A stretch of 64,000 bases of DNA, taken from the NCBI RefSeq assembly GCF_009914755.1, contig NC_060944.1. One strand, given 5' to 3'. This document shows positions 18,434 to 34,404 of this stretch, in pieces; positions within the stretch are counted from its first letter, which is position 1, and every line of letters begins with the position of its first letter. The position numbers and the translations under genes were made by a program. The notes beneath the pieces are model-generated. The model was not told the origin of the DNA. It saw nothing but the letters and a program-made list of their open reading frames with translations, and did no database searches. This stretch comes from the human T2T-CHM13v2.0 reference genome, Homo sapiens.

Positions 18434-21400
18434 TCTGCGATATGTGTAGTGACTTCATAGTTCACCCCCCCGATATTACAGCCAATATCAGAGTGGAGTG
18501 TGCACCCTCTGCAATATGGGAAGTGATATCATCGTCTCCCCACTGGATGTTATGGACAATATCACAGGAGGTTTACTTTCTCTGCGATATGGGGAACAAT
18601 ATCCTCCTGTCCCCGCCTGGATGTTAGAGATATTTACAGGGGGGTGTCCACCCCCTGCAATATGGGGAGTAGTAATATCCTCTCCTGCCCTGGATGTTAT
18701 GGACAATATATAGGGAGATGTACAATCCCTTCGATATGGGGAGTAATATCATCCTCTTCCCCCTAAACGTTACGAACAGTATCACAGGGGGGTGTACAGC
18801 CCCTGCGATATCTGGAATAGTATCATCCCCTTCTTCCCTAAATGTTACAGAAACTATCACAGGGGTGTGTACACCTTCTGAAACATGGGAATAATATTCT
18901 CTTCCCCTCTGGATGTTATGGACAACATTACAGTCGTGTGCACCCTCTATGATATGCGGAGTAATATCATCCTCTCCCCCACGGATGTAAGTGACAATAC
19001 CACAAACGGGTTTACATCCCCCGTGATATGGGGAGTAATATAATCCTCTTTCCCACTGGATATTAACAATATCACACGGGGATGTACAACCCCTGTGATA
19101 TTCAGAATATCTTCGAATCCACTGAAAATTATAAACAATATCACCAGTGTACACTCCCTGTGATACTGGAAGTAATATCATCCTCTAATCCCTTAAAAAT
19201 TATGAACAGTATCACAGGGGAGTGTATACTTCCTACTATATTGGGAGTAATATCATTCTGTCCTCTTCTAAATATTATGAACAATATTACAGAGGATGTA
19301 ACACTCCCTGCGATATGTGGAGTAATATCATCCTCTCCTCCCCTAAATGTTGTGAACAATATCACAGGAGGTTGTACACAACCTGCGATATTGTTTGTAG
19401 TATCCAGAGGGAAAGAGGATGCTATTACTCCCCATATCACAGGGGGTGTACACCCCCACTGTGATATATTCAATAACATCCAGAAGTAATATTACTGACA
19501 AAATTGCAGGGGGTGTAAACCCCACCTGTGATACCGTTCCTAATATCCCGGGGAAGAGAGGATGATGTTATTCCCAATATTGCAGGGGGTGTACACCCAC
19601 CCTATGATATTGTTCTTAATATCCAGGAGGGGAGACAATGGTATTACTCACAGTATCAAAGAGGTTGTACAGCCCCCCTGTGATAGCTTCTAATATCCAG
19701 GGGGTGTACACACCACTTGTGATATTGTTCCTAATATGTAGGGGGAAGGACAATGATATTACTGTCTGTATCACAGGGGGTGTACAACAAGCCCCCCCGG
19801 GATATCATTCCTAATATCCATGGGAAGAAAGAATATTACAATATCACAGAAGTTGTACACCCCCTCTGTGATATTGTTCCTAATATCAAAGACGGAAGGG
19901 TATGATGTTCTTCCCAAAATCACAGGGAGTGTACACATACCCTGTGCTATTTTTCCTAATATCGAGAGTGAGAGACAATGATACTTCCAATATCGTAAGG
20001 AGTGTACACTCTCCCCATGATACCAGGTGGGGAAATGTTGATATTACTCCAAATATCGCAGTGGGTGTACACACGTTTTGCGATATTGTTTCTAATATCA
20101 AGTGGGGGGGAAGGATTGTATTACTCCCAACATATTACACCCCACACTCCATTATACTGTTCTTAATATCCAGATTTGGAGAGGATGATATTACTCCCAA
20201 AATCTCAGGAGGTGTAGACCCCTTCTGTGACACTGTTTCTTATATACAGGGGAAGACTAGATGATATTACTCCCAACAGTGCAGGGTGTTACATGCCATC
20301 CCCCATGATATTGTCTCTAATATCAAGTTGGGGAGAGGGTGATATTGCTCCAAATAGTGCAAAGGGTGCACACCAGCCCTGTGATATTATTCCTAGTATC
20401 CAGAGGAGGAGAGAATGGTATTATTTTTAATATCACAGAGGGTGCAAACCCCCCTTGTGATACCGCTCCTAACATCCAAGGGGTAGAGGATGAAATTACT
20501 CCCAATATCACAGTGGGTATACACCCCCTCCCGTGGTATTGTTCCTAATATCCAGGGGGTATAGGATGATAGTACTATAAATATCACAAGGGGTGTACAC
20601 CCCTTCTGATATTGTTACTAATATCCGTGGGGGGAGTCGATGATATTACTTCCAATATCACAGGGCATGTATACCCCCCTTGTGGTATTGTTCCTAATAT
20701 CCTGGGAGGAGACTACAATATTACTGGCAATATCGCAGGGGGTGTGCATTCCCGTGATATTGTTCCTAATGTCCAGCAAGGGAGAAAATATTACTCCCAA
20801 TATGGTGGGGGTGTACACTTCCCATGCAATATCGTTCCTAATATCCATGGGGGAAAAGGATGATATTACTCTAAATGTCACAGGAGGTGTAAACTGCCCC
20901 TGTGATATTGTTCTCAATATCCATGGGGGGAGAGAATGATATTACTCCCAATATCACAGGTGGTGTACACCCCTCCTGTTATATTATTTCTAATATCCAG
21001 GTTGGGAGAGAATAATATTACAGGTAAAATAGCAGGGGGTGTACACTCCGCCTATGATATTGTTCCTAATATTCTGGGGAAGAGTGGACAATATTACTCC
21101 CAATATCGCAGGATGTGTACACCCCCTTTGTGATATTGTTCCTAATATCCATAGGCGGAGAGGGTGATACTACTCCCAATAGTGCAGAAAAGGTACAGCC
21201 CCTCTGTGATATCATTCCCAATATCCAGAGGGGACAGGATGATATTACTCCCAATACCACAGAGGGCAAACACCCCCTCCCCATGATATTGTTCGTAATA
21301 CCCAGGGGGTAGAGGATGATATTACTCCCAATATCGCAGTGGGTGTACACCCACCCTGTGATATTGTTCTTAATATCCATGTGGAAAGGGTATAAAGTTA

Positions 21401-22280
21401 CTCCCAATATCACAGGGGGTGTACAACCCCCTTGTGATATTGTTCCTAATATTCGGGGAAGAGACAATGATATAGCTGTCCATATTGCAGGTGGTGTACA
21501 ACCCCCTGGGAATTTGTTCCTAATATTCAGTGGGGAAGATGATATTAATTAAAATGTCACAGGGGGTATATAACCCCTTTGTGATATTATTCCTAATATC
21601 CAGGGAAATAAAGAATATTATTCCCAATATCACAGGGGATGTATACCCCTCTCTGATACTGTTTCTAATATCCCTGGGGGGAGTCTATAATATTACTGGC
21701 AATATCATAAGGAGTGTATACCCCCCGTTATATTGTTCCTTATGTCCAGCAAGGGAGAAAATATTAATCCCAATATGGAACAGGGTGCACACCCATGAGG
21801 TATTGTTCCTAATATCCAGGGAGGGAAAGGATGATATTACTCCCAATGTTGCAGTGGTGTATAACCCCCTGTGATATTGTTCCTAATATCTAGGTGGGGA
21901 AAGTACAGTATTACTCCCAATATAGCAGGGGTTGTACACCGCCTTTGTGATATTGTTCTAAATATCCATGGGGAAAGAAAATGATAGTACTCCCCAATAT
22001 CGCAGGTGGTGTACAACCCCTTGTGATACTGTTTCTAATATCCATATTGGGGGAGGATATTACTCCCAATATTGCACGTGTTGCACAGACCCCCTTTGAT
22101 ATTGTTTGTACTATGCAGGGTGTGGGGGGAGAGGATGATATTGGGAGTAATATCACCCTCTCTTCCCAGATATTAAGAGCAATATTCAGGGTGGTCAACA
22201 CCTCCTGCAATATTGAGTATAATATCCTCTCCCAACCTGGATATTAGGAACTATATCACAGGGGCATGTACACTCCCTTC
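18434..22280. repeat. SATR1/SATR2-like satellite, right block
   Basis: Same ~70-75 bp unit; orientation flips near 19385 and 22135. Confidence 0.85.
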
Positions 22281-24312
22281 CTTTCACCATATACAAAAAT
22301 CAGCTCAAGATGGATGAAGGACTTATGTAAGACCCAAAACTATATAAACCCTAGAAGAAAACTTAGGAAATATCATTCTGGACATAGACGCTGGCAAAGA
22401 TTTCGCGATGAAGATTCCAAAAGCAATTGCAACAAGAAGAATTGATGAGTGGGACCTAATGAAACTAAAGAGCTTCAGCACAGCAAAAGAAGCTATCAAC
22501 AGAGAACACCCTACAGAACAGAAGAAAATATTTTCAAATTACATATCTGAAAAAGGTCTAATACTCAGCATGTATAAAGAATCAATAAGCAAAAAACAAA
22601 CCCACTACAAATAGGCAAAGAACATGAACCCCCACATTCACCATCCTGAAGTCCATGTGCAACTTCTTTCTGGATGCTGGACAAGGACTTGGGTACAAAG
22701 AGGGCACTGAACGGGTTAACACTTAAGCCGTCTGTGGATTCTTTTTTCAAAAGACAACGTATGTGTGGCAAACAACCATATGAAAAAATACTCAACATCA
22801 CTAATCATCAGAAAATCAGAACCATGAGATACCATATCACACTGGTCAGAATGGCTATTATTAAAAAATCAAAACATAACAGACAGTGCTGAGTTTGTGG
22901 AAAAAAGGGAATGCTTATACACTGCTGGTGGTGATATAGAAAGGAAACAGGGAAATACTGGGTAGAAGAGAGTGGTTCCCTGGCAAAGCCCTGCCCACAA
23001 GCCTGGAAACCCACGGCACTAAATGGGAACAGGCATTCCTGCTTTTGTACCCAAAAGTTGTCTTTCAGCTCACCATGCACCCCCTGTCCTGTACCCATAT
23101 ATGCCCCAGACCCCAGGCTCCAGAAGCAGACAAGCACATGAGGAGATGAACAGAAGAGCAGAATTGCAGAATGATGTGGCAGAAAGAAGAGAAGGAGCAT
23201 CTGAATGCCAAGAGGAGTTTGGCTGGCAGTGGTTGGAGAGATCAGCCTCTGGATGGCAAAGCTCCCGGGGAAGATCATCTTCCCATTCCATCCCCTTTCC
23301 AGCTCCCCATCCATCCCATTGAGTGCCACCTCTACCACTTAATAAAACCCCCACATTCACCATCCTCAAGTCTGTGTGCAACTTAATTCTTTCTGGATGC
23401 TGGACAAGGAACTGGGTACCAAGAGGACACTGAACAGGTTAACACTTAAGCCGTCTGTGGATGGCAAAGCTAAAAAAGTGCACTGTAACACATGCACACT
23501 TGGGCTGTGGGAGTCACAGGCACCCACCCCTAGACAGTACCATGGCCACTTGCCCTGCCTATTGCACCTGCCTGTCTGCATGCTCCCCTGCCCAGTAAGG
23601 GGTTTGACAGCACACACAGTGGCCAGAGAAGCCACATCCCTGTTGCACATCCTGCCAAGGGGAGTCAGGGAACTCTCCAGTTACATCAGGAATGTAAATT
23701 TGTTCAGCCACTGTGGAAAGCAGTTTGGAGATTTCTGAAATAACTTAAAACAGAACTACCATTCAACCCAGCAACCCCATTACTGGGTATATACCCAAAG
23801 GAATATAAATCATTCTGTCATAGACATATGCACGCATATTTTCATTATAACACTATTCACAATAGCAAAGACACGGAATCAACTTAGATGCTTGTTAACA
23901 GAAGACTGGATTAAAAAAATGCAGCGTACACACACCATGGAATACTACACACCTATAAAATAGGATGAAATAATGTCTTTTGCAGCGACATGAATGGAGC
24001 TGGATACCATTATTCTAAGTGAATTAATGCAGGAACAGAAAACCGAACAAACACAGCATGTTCTCACTTATAAGTGGGGGCTAAACATTGAGTCCACATG
24101 GACACAAAGAAGGGAACAATAGACACAAGGTCTACTGTGGGTGGAGGGTGGGGGGGGAGAGTGGGGATCAAAAAACTCCCTATTAGATACTACGCTCACT
24201 ATCTGGATGACTACATAATCTGTACACCAAATCCCACTGACACACATTTTACCCATATAATAAACCTCCACATGTACCCACTGAACCTAAAATAAATGTT
24301 GGAAGGAAATAA
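22281..24312 (+). mobile_element. Older L1P (L1PB/L1PA15-16-like) 3' region, interrupted by an LTR
   Basis: caccatatacaaaaatcagctcaagatggat...gaactaccattcaacccagcaaccccattactgggtatatacccaaagg...ctgaacctaaaataaa. Confidence 0.88.
22932..23688 (+). mobile_element. Solo ERV1 LTR (MER50-like)
   Basis: TG...CA ends; tgatatagaaaggaaacagggaaatactgggtagaagag; internal aataaa; splits the L1 motif actgctggtgg|ggaatgtaaatt. Confidence 0.72.
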
Positions 24313-26143
24313 AGTTACAACCAACTCTTGTACTATTGTGAGGAAACAATCATATGTGTTGACAAAAAATCAACTACTAATAGATTTATAATAGTATATA
24401 TGTAGCAGAAAAATATCAGATATAACTTATATACCCAAAAGTATGACTTAAAAACAGCATGACAATCTTTATGATGGGATATTGTGCAACTACTAGAAGC
24501 ACATTTTCGGAGATTACTTATTAACATATGATAATGACTACATTGAGTGGTTTTTAGAAGCATGAATTGAAACCATGTATAAGCATGACTTTATTGAACT
24601 TATATATAACATTACACACACATTTACATAATTATAAAATAAGTATGCTCATGTTCATAATATTTATTTATTTATATTCATATGTAAGGTCAATAGGAAG
24701 TAATCTCTGTATCTGAGTTATTATTTCATAAATAATTTATGCTTGTTCTGTGAAAATAAAAACACTGCTATGGATCTTCCAAGTATCCTGAAAGGATACA
24801 GTTTATAATTAAACAATAACAATTTTAGAAATAATTATTTTAAATAAGGCTATGATAAATCTGGTTTCATTGCACACTTTAACTTTGCAACATTTCATGA
24901 AGCATCCCTTGATCACGACTCTCATATTCAGGAGTTTTTTGAGATCAAATGGGACAATCAGTATGAATCTATTTTTTAGACATGCAAATGGATAACTTTA
25001 AATAGCAGTAGCGATATAATCAGAGTGCACAGTTGCTCTGGGACAAAATTTGGAAATGAGCATATTTTTAGATTCTTAATGTTTTACACACTTTAGCATT
25101 CCACAGCACCATTACATACTCATTTTTCTACTAGAATACCTTGGTAGAAATTCACAGTAGAGATCAGGCTTGTCCTTCATACATTAACTAATCAAGTAGA
25201 AAAGTGCAAATGAGAACACAGTGCCAAAAATAGGCACCACATGGAAAAAAGCATGGAACTTCCAGGAAGCCATTTTTGTAGCTTTATAGCCCAATTATAT
25301 TTTTCCTAATGTATTGCACACAAAACTTGGGGGAAAAAAAAAGAGGCAGAGAGAAAACAGGTTATATCAGCCCTATCTCACAATCCACAAGTTCATCCTA
25401 TTAGAGGATTAACTATGTAAAACAAATTTTATCTGCTGAATGTCCTATTTAGTTAATCACAAAACTGTACAAGAACACACTTGTGACTTATTTAGCAGCT
25501 TGTTTGTTCGCTTTCCACTGGCTTCACAAATGTCCTTTGGAAAGAGAAAGTACATTTGGAACCCTGTACACCTTTTCTTTCTCCAGTACCCTCTTGTCAC
25601 TTCCATCACTAAGGTGACAGAAGCAACTAGGGGCAATGCATTTTTAGCACACCTTGGTCAGAGGTATCCTCCAGGGGAAGGATCAGACCTGCTTGAAAGC
25701 ATGTCGTTGGAATTGGGAGGCTTCTAGTAGCTATAACATAAGCACTGATGTTTACTGTTCCCTGCCCTCCACTTTGATCACTCTGGGAAACGTTTTTTTT
25801 AAAAAATCAATTGTATTGAAACATAATTTACATAAAATAAATACTATTTTAAAGTGCACAGTTTGCTGAGTTTTGCCAGATGTAACCATCCAGGTGAATA
25901 AAATTGATTAAACTGATCTTTCAAATAATAAATTAACCTTGCAATCTTCCTAGAAATTTAATTTGTTCACAGTTTATTATCCATTCTATGTACTGCTACA
26001 TTCAATTGGTTATTATGTTTTAAGGACTTTTGAGTCTATGTTTATGAGGGATAAACGTCAAAGTTGTATAATGCCTTTGTCTTGATTTGGAATCAGGGCA
26101 ATACTGGGTTCATAAAATAAGATAGGAAGTGTCCCTTTAAATT

Positions 26144-26452
<309 letters not shown>

Positions 26453-26496
26453 TTAAATTCTATTTCTTAAAAAGAGTCCGTTCAAGATTGATATTA

Positions 26497-26843
26497 TAGA
26501 TACTCCTCAACTTACAATGGTCTTATGTCTTAACGAACTCATCCTAAATTGAAAATATTGTAAGTCTAAAATGCATTTAATATATTTAACCTACTGAATA
26601 TCATGACTTAGCCTCTCCTACCTTAAACTTGCTCAGAACACTTACATTATCCTACAATTGGGCAAAATCATCTACCACAAGGCCCATTTTAAAATATTGA
26701 ATATCTCATGAAATTTATTGAAAACTATACTGATAGTGAAAAACTGGTCATATTGATGCTCATCATTAATGTACACAGATGAAAGCACCATTATCAAGTC
26801 AGAAGAGCACAAGTCAAACCACCATAAGTTGAGGACTCTCTGT
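26497..26843. mobile_element. Tigger4/MER46-like (TcMar) DNA transposon
   Basis: TIR-like ends agatactcctcaacttacaatgg / ccataagttgaggactctctg, flanked by TA. Confidence 0.75.
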
Positions 26844-28108
26844 ACTTTCTTAAATGTTTGATAGAATTCACCTAAGAAACCATGTAGCCTGTAATTATAG
26901 AAATCTTTTTAAATTAAAAAAAATTCTTCAATACATAGAGAAGCTATTACTTTTTCTATTTCATTTTGCATCAGTTTTAAGAATTAGTTTTACAAATAAT
27001 TTCCCATGTTATTTTATTTGTCAAATGTATTGGCCTAAGGTTTTCATAATTATATTGATGTCTGTAGGTTCTGTAGTTACATCCTCTATTTAATTCCCAT
27101 TGTCTACATAATGTAGCTTCTCTAATTTTTTTTGAGATAAATCTTGCTAGCCATTGTTTATTTAAAATTTTTTTTTTCAAAGAACCAATTTGTGGGTATA
27201 TTAATTAGCTCCAGCTTTTGTTATTTGCTGTGTTGTTGGTTTACATTTTTATCTTTATCATCTTCCTTCTTCTTAATTTGGATATACTTTGCTCATTTTT
27301 TTAGCCTCTTAGAACCTAAAGGTCATTGATTGAAGCCTTTTATTTTCAATATATTACATCTATAAATGTAGCTTTAAGAAATGATTTATCTGCATTCCAC
27401 ATTTTATTAAGTTTTTAAAAATTTTTCTTTCAGTTTAAACTATTTTTTTTGTGTGTGAAACTTTTCTTGCCCAATGGGTTTTTCTGAAGTATTTTGTTTA
27501 ATGTTCAAATGTTGGGGTGTTATTGTATATATCCTACTGTTGTCCATCTCTGGTTCATGATACAATGCATGTTCTCCATTGCACTTACATAACATGTCTC
27601 CATGTCTCTGGTGAATTCCTCAGTCTTTCTAAAATGCTTTTGAAGAATACTGGCAGTTATTTTGTAGAATGTCTCTCCTCAATTTCAGTTAGTCTGATGT
27701 TTTCTCACGATTAGGACCAAAGTTATACATTTTGTCTAAGAATACCATAGAATTGATGTTTTGTCCTACTCAGTGCATCATATAAGAGGTTACATGAAGT
27801 TCATTTATCTTATTATTAGTAATGTTAACTTTGATCACTTGGCTAAGTTGACATCTCCACTTTGAAGTTACTATTCTATAATTATCTTGTGGGAAGATAC
27901 TTTCATATTATGCAAATATGTTCTTTCCCAACATATATTCACCACTAATCTTAGCATCCCTCCAAGGTTCTTTCTTGCAACAATTATTACTATGATATTT
28001 GCAAAGTGATGATTCTTATATTTTATGTCTCCTACATTTAATGAAATCTTACTGTAATAAAATACTGCCCATTCTCAACCTTTGGTTATTATTTATGTCA
28101 ATATGGAT

Positions 28109-28407
28109 TTTTTTTTTTTTTTTGAGATGGAGTCTTGCTTTGTCATCCAGGCTGGTGTGCAATGGTGCGATTTCTGCTCACTGCACTTCCACCTTCCGGG
28201 ATTCAAGCCATTCTCCTGCCTCAGCCTCCCGAGTAGCTGGGACTACGGGCATGTGCCACCATGCCCGGCTAATTTTTGTATTTTTAGTAGAGGCAGGGAT
28301 TCACCACATTGGTCAGGCTGGTCTTAAACTCCTGACCTCAAGTGGTCTGCCTGCCTCAGCCTCCCAAAGTTCTGGGAATACAGGCATGAGCCACCGCACC
28401 CGGCCTG
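28109..28407 (-). mobile_element. AluS
   Basis: Antisense Alu consensus. Confidence 0.93.
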
Positions 28408-29686
28408 GATTAATCGAAAATTTTCTTCTGTAGATTGTAATATATTACTATTGTTATTTATTTTATTGCCCCAATTTTCTCAAATTTGTCTATGGAAGTT
28501 TATTCAAAGTGGATTCTGTCTCCTTTTCACATTTTCCCCATTTTGTGAGCATTTCCTTACTTTCTAACATGACAAAATATTTCAAACTAATCTTGTATTT
28601 TCCCTGCCCAATCCTGATATCAAATATGTCCCCAAGGAGCCTTGTTTCCTTTAACTGGAGAATGGTGTTCTCATTGTTACTGGGATGATGTTGTTTCTAG
28701 GCCCTTTTGTTAGAGGAGCTAGAAAATGTATGTATGTATACTCACACATTTATACACATCTGTACTTATTTATACAATTATCTATCTGTACATATACTAA
28801 AAACAATGATTTCATAAAACTTTTGACCCCAATCCAACACTAGATAAAGACTATATAGGCCCATTTATTTTCAAATCAGCACATAAACATAGAAGGATTA
28901 TTAACAATATAAGCTGTAGCTTATGCTAAATGTTGATTGGAACAGACAATAAATTATGGAGAACTTCAGAGGACACTAAGTTTGGATGGGATCTTGGAAG
29001 TTGTACAGGTCAATGCCACTCCATCTATTGGCTGAGTTTCACAGGTTAATACATGAACAACAACAAAAATAACCTAGATCAGAAGTTAAAGATCATTTTA
29101 TTGACTATCTGCCGTGTCTGTGCCATTGCAATGTACTAGGTGCACTTACCAGTCCTCTACTTACAAACTGCTTTTCACAAAATATGAAACTCCAGGCAAA
29201 GATTCAGACATATGATGTTTGTTTTTAAAATCTTTCTACAGCCTTGTATCCTTTTTCCTTTCCTTCCTTTTACCCTTTTTAAAATGTGTTATGAGTTTTA
29301 TCTTAGACTAACATCTGTAATGTTGCTATACGCCAGTATTCAATTGCTGTGTTTGATGAATCATAAAATGGTGTAAAACTTCAATTAGTGTACTTTTTAA
29401 ATAAAGTATCTATGAATGTATCCAGCAAAATGTTTATGATTTGAGTATTCACAAAATATTAGTTTTCTCTGTATCTAACAATAATGTGAAAACCCAAAAT
29501 GAATATAAAATATTAGCTAATAATAGATTTCAAAGTATTCTATAAGTATGAAAAATATGATATATTATTACTTTCATATATGTAAAACATTAATAATTTT
29601 TGTCAACATAAACATCATCTTTACACCTAAACTTGTATTAATTCAATTAAGAGTTAATATAGTATCCTAAAGTCATCAAATATTCA

Positions 29687-30134
<448 letters not shown>

Positions 30135-30727
30135 TCATTTAGTTTTGTTCACCTTGACCAGTGGGCTGGTGGTTCTTAGGTGCACCAAAGTTTTCATTTT
30201 TCAGTTCAAGATTTTAAAACCTTAATGTGGTAATTTCCCTAATTTTTTTTGACAATTACGTCCCAGGTTGCAAGTTAAAATAAAATTCCCATTTTACTAA
30301 AGTCCTTGGTTTATTAATGATTTTATAATGACTTAATATATAATTTAATGAGTAATGAGGGGTACTACATTTCAGAAATCAACACTGAAGAACTTATTCA
30401 TGGAACCAAACACCACCTGTTTCTCAAACACCTATTAAAATAAAAATACATATAAATAATTTTTAAAAATAAACACTAAAAATAAAGTGAAAATGAAAAA
30501 ATATATATCCAGGTTTAAAAAAAACTACTTCAGTTAAACAATAAATACTTTTTGGGGGGACTCAACTCTACTACAAAATTATTTGTTGTTTATTACAATC
30601 AATAATACAGGTAAAAGAATAAGTTTTTAAAAATGGAAAAATTGTAAAAAATAAAACGATATTAACAAATATTGGTATACTGGTGAAGGCCGGGCTCGGT
30701 GGCTGCTTTCCAAAGTGGTTACACCAG

Positions 30728-31021
30728 TCGGGTATGGTGGCACACACCTGTAATCTCAGCACTTCTGGAAGCTGAAGCAGGCAGATCACTTGAGCTCAGG
30801 AGTTTGACACAAACCTGGGCTACATCACAAAACCCCATTTCTACCAAAAACTGTAAAAATCAGCTGCACATGATAGCATGCACCTGTAAGTCCCAGCTAC
30901 TTAGGAGGCTGAGGTGAGAGGATCACTTGTGCCTGGAAGGTCACAGCTGTACTGGCCATGTTCATGTCACTGCACTCCAGCCTGGGCAACAGAGCAAGAT
31001 TTTGTCTCAAAAAAAAAAAAT
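30728..31021 (+). mobile_element. AluJ
   Basis: Diverged Alu consensus with poly-A. Confidence 0.88.
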
Positions 31022-31114
31022 GTTGGTGACAATTGGAATAATTGGAACTCAGATACATTACTGGTGGGAACATAAAATGGTGTAATCAATTTGAGTGTTT
31101 TCTTGGCATTTGAT

Positions 31115-31243
31115 GTTTTTAAAAAATCAAGACATTGTTTCCCTATGTTGCCCAGGCTTGTCCTGAACTCCCGGGCTAAGAAAATCCTCCAAACTCAGCA
31201 TCTCAAATACCTGAGTTTAAAAGTGTGAGCCACTGTGCCTGAC
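31115..31243 (-). mobile_element. Alu monomer (FLAM-like) inside an L1M 3' fragment
   Basis: Antisense Alu left arm. Confidence 0.75.
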
Positions 31244-31804
31244 CAGTGTAACCACTTTGAAAAACAATGTGGCAGTTTCTCAAAGACTAAATGTATAGTA
31301 ATCACATAATGCAACAATTTCACTCCTGAGTGTAAATCCAAGAGAAATAAAAATATATGTTCACTCTAAAGCTTACGTACGAGAATTCATAGCAGCCTGA
31401 CTCATGATGGTGAATACGCAAAAACAACACAAATGTCCATCAACTAATGAATGGATAAACATAAACTATTACTCAGCTATAAAAGGAAAGAAATCCTGAT
31501 ACACACTATAACATGAAAGAAATTTAAAAACATTCTGCTAAGAGAAAAAAAAAGCAAACTACAAAAGATCACACATTGTACAATTCTATTTCTATAAAAG
31601 GTCCAGACTAGGCAAAACTACAATGACAGAAAATAAATCAGTGGTTGCCTATGAACATGGGGGACGTAGGAGGTAGTGGCTAAGAGGTGAGGGTTTCTCA
31701 CTCATAAGTGGGTAACTCATAAGTGGGTAATCACTTCTAAGAAAGACTGTAGTGATGGATGCACAGCTCCTTGAATATTCTAAAAACCACTCAATTGTAT
31801 ACTT

Positions 31805-32110
31805 TCTTTTTTTCTTTAGTTATTTAGAGACAGGGTCTCCTTTTGTCACCCATGCTGTAGTGCAGTGGTGCCATCTGGTCTCACTGCAACCTACGGCTTC
31901 TGGGCTCAAGTGATCTTCCAGTCTCATGTCCCCAAGTAGTTGGGAATACAGGCATGAGCCACCACACCCAGCTAATTTTTGTATTTTTGCTAGAGATGCT
32001 GTTTTGCCATGTTGCCCAGCCTAGTCGCAAACTCCTGAACTCAAGTGATCCACCTGCCTCAGCTGCCCAAAGTCTTAGCGTTATAGGAATTAGCCACTGT
32101 GCCCGGCCTG
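31805..32110 (-). mobile_element. AluJ
   Basis: Antisense Alu consensus. Confidence 0.88.
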
Positions 32111-32181
32111 AATTGCGTACTTTGATAAATGAATTGCATGATATGTTAATCATATTTCAATAACGTTATTATTTAAAAAAT

Positions 32182-32802
<621 letters not shown>

Positions 32803-33110
32803 GAAATCCAAGTTTTTAACACCTTCTGAGAGTAATCAACATTCAGGAGGAACAGAGAAGAACAAAAGACCACTGAATGGTTGAGGGTGGGTTGCTGGTG
32901 AGGTTCAGTGGCCAGCTGAGTAGTATCTGAAAAATCCATTAGTAAAATTATGGCACTAGGGGTGAGTTATGCGGTCGAATGATGAATACTAAATCCAGTA
33001 CAAACACCCATGGTCTTTCTTTACATGAATTCCAGTGAAAAATTTCTAAGTGCCTAAAATAGCAAGTGGTCTGAAATGATGGCAGCAGTTTATTAAAGAC
33101 TGAAAAAAGA

Positions 33111-33406
33111 GGCCAGGCACGGTGGCTCACACCTGTAATCCCAGCACTTTAGGAGTCCAAGGCCAGTGGATCACACGGTCAGGAGTTCAAGACCAGCCTG
33201 GCCAACATGCTGAAACCCCGTATCTACAGAAAATACAAAGCTTAGCCAGGCATGTTGACATGTGCCTGTAGTCCCAGCTACTTCAGAGGCTGAGGCAAGA
33301 GAAATGCTTGAACCCAGGAGGCAGAAGTTGCTGTGAATCAAGATTGTGCCACTGAACTCCAGCCTGGTGACAGAGGAAGATGCCATCTCAAAAAAAAAAA
33401 AAAAAG
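33111..33406 (+). mobile_element. AluS
   Basis: Alu consensus with poly-A. Confidence 0.92.
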
Positions 33407-33876
33407 AAATGACATCTTCAAGAACCATGAGAGTTCCACGCTGAAGAAGCTCTAATTCTGCATTTGCTGAACTATTGATTTGAGTTAGCCAATATAACAC
33501 TATCTTAGATAAAGTGTACAAACAACTCAATTTCATCTCCTCATTAATAACTGATTAGGTAGTCTAATATCAATTCTGATTTTTAAAAAGCTAATTAGAA
33601 AAATAATTAATTATAGAACCAATAAGAGGTTTGAATAGTTACAAGCTATTCAAAGGAGAATTCAAAAAAACACTCAGGTATGAGGCCATAAAGTATGATG
33701 AAATAAATTTCACTAATATATTTTAAAATAAACTGATTAGACAGGCAACAACACCTGGGCACAGTCTCCTCACCTCCAGCAACACAAACCCAATCGCGCA
33801 GCTATGGGGTTGCAAAGGCTGCATAGTGACAAACAGACTGCTCTGAGTTGAGATTTCTTTACTTGTATCTGTATTC

Positions 33877-34312
33877 TGAGACCGGGTCTCACTCTGTCAC
33901 TCTGGCTGCAATGCAGTGGTGCACTCATAGCTAACTGCAGCCGTGACCTCCTGGGCTCTGGGGATCCTCCTGCCTCAGCCTCACCATAGATATCACTACA
34001 GATGAGCACCACAACACCCAGCTAATTTTTTTTTTTTTTTTTTTTGTAGAAAGAGGAGCCTTGCTATGTTGCCCAAGCTGGCCTCAAACTCCCGCCCTCA
34101 AGAGATCTGCCCACCTCAACAACCTGAGTAACAGGTTCTACAGGAAAATACCACTATGCCCGGATAATTATATTTTATTAATTTTTATTTGCATAGACAG
34201 GAGGTCTTGCTATGTTGCCCAGGGTGGTCTCAAACTCCTGGACTCAAACAATTCTCCCATCTCTGCCTCCCAAAGTGCTGAAGCTACAGGCATAAGCCAC
34301 TGCACCTGGCCC
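33877..34312 (-). mobile_element. AluJ plus extra monomer
   Basis: Three antisense Alu arms. Confidence 0.82.
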
Positions 34313-34404
34313 GACTTAAGATTTCTTTAATCTAGCATACTTCATATAATTGGGAAAAGCAGTAGTGGTTTTTTTTTTAATTACTTAGTATTTCAACAAG
34401 AATC

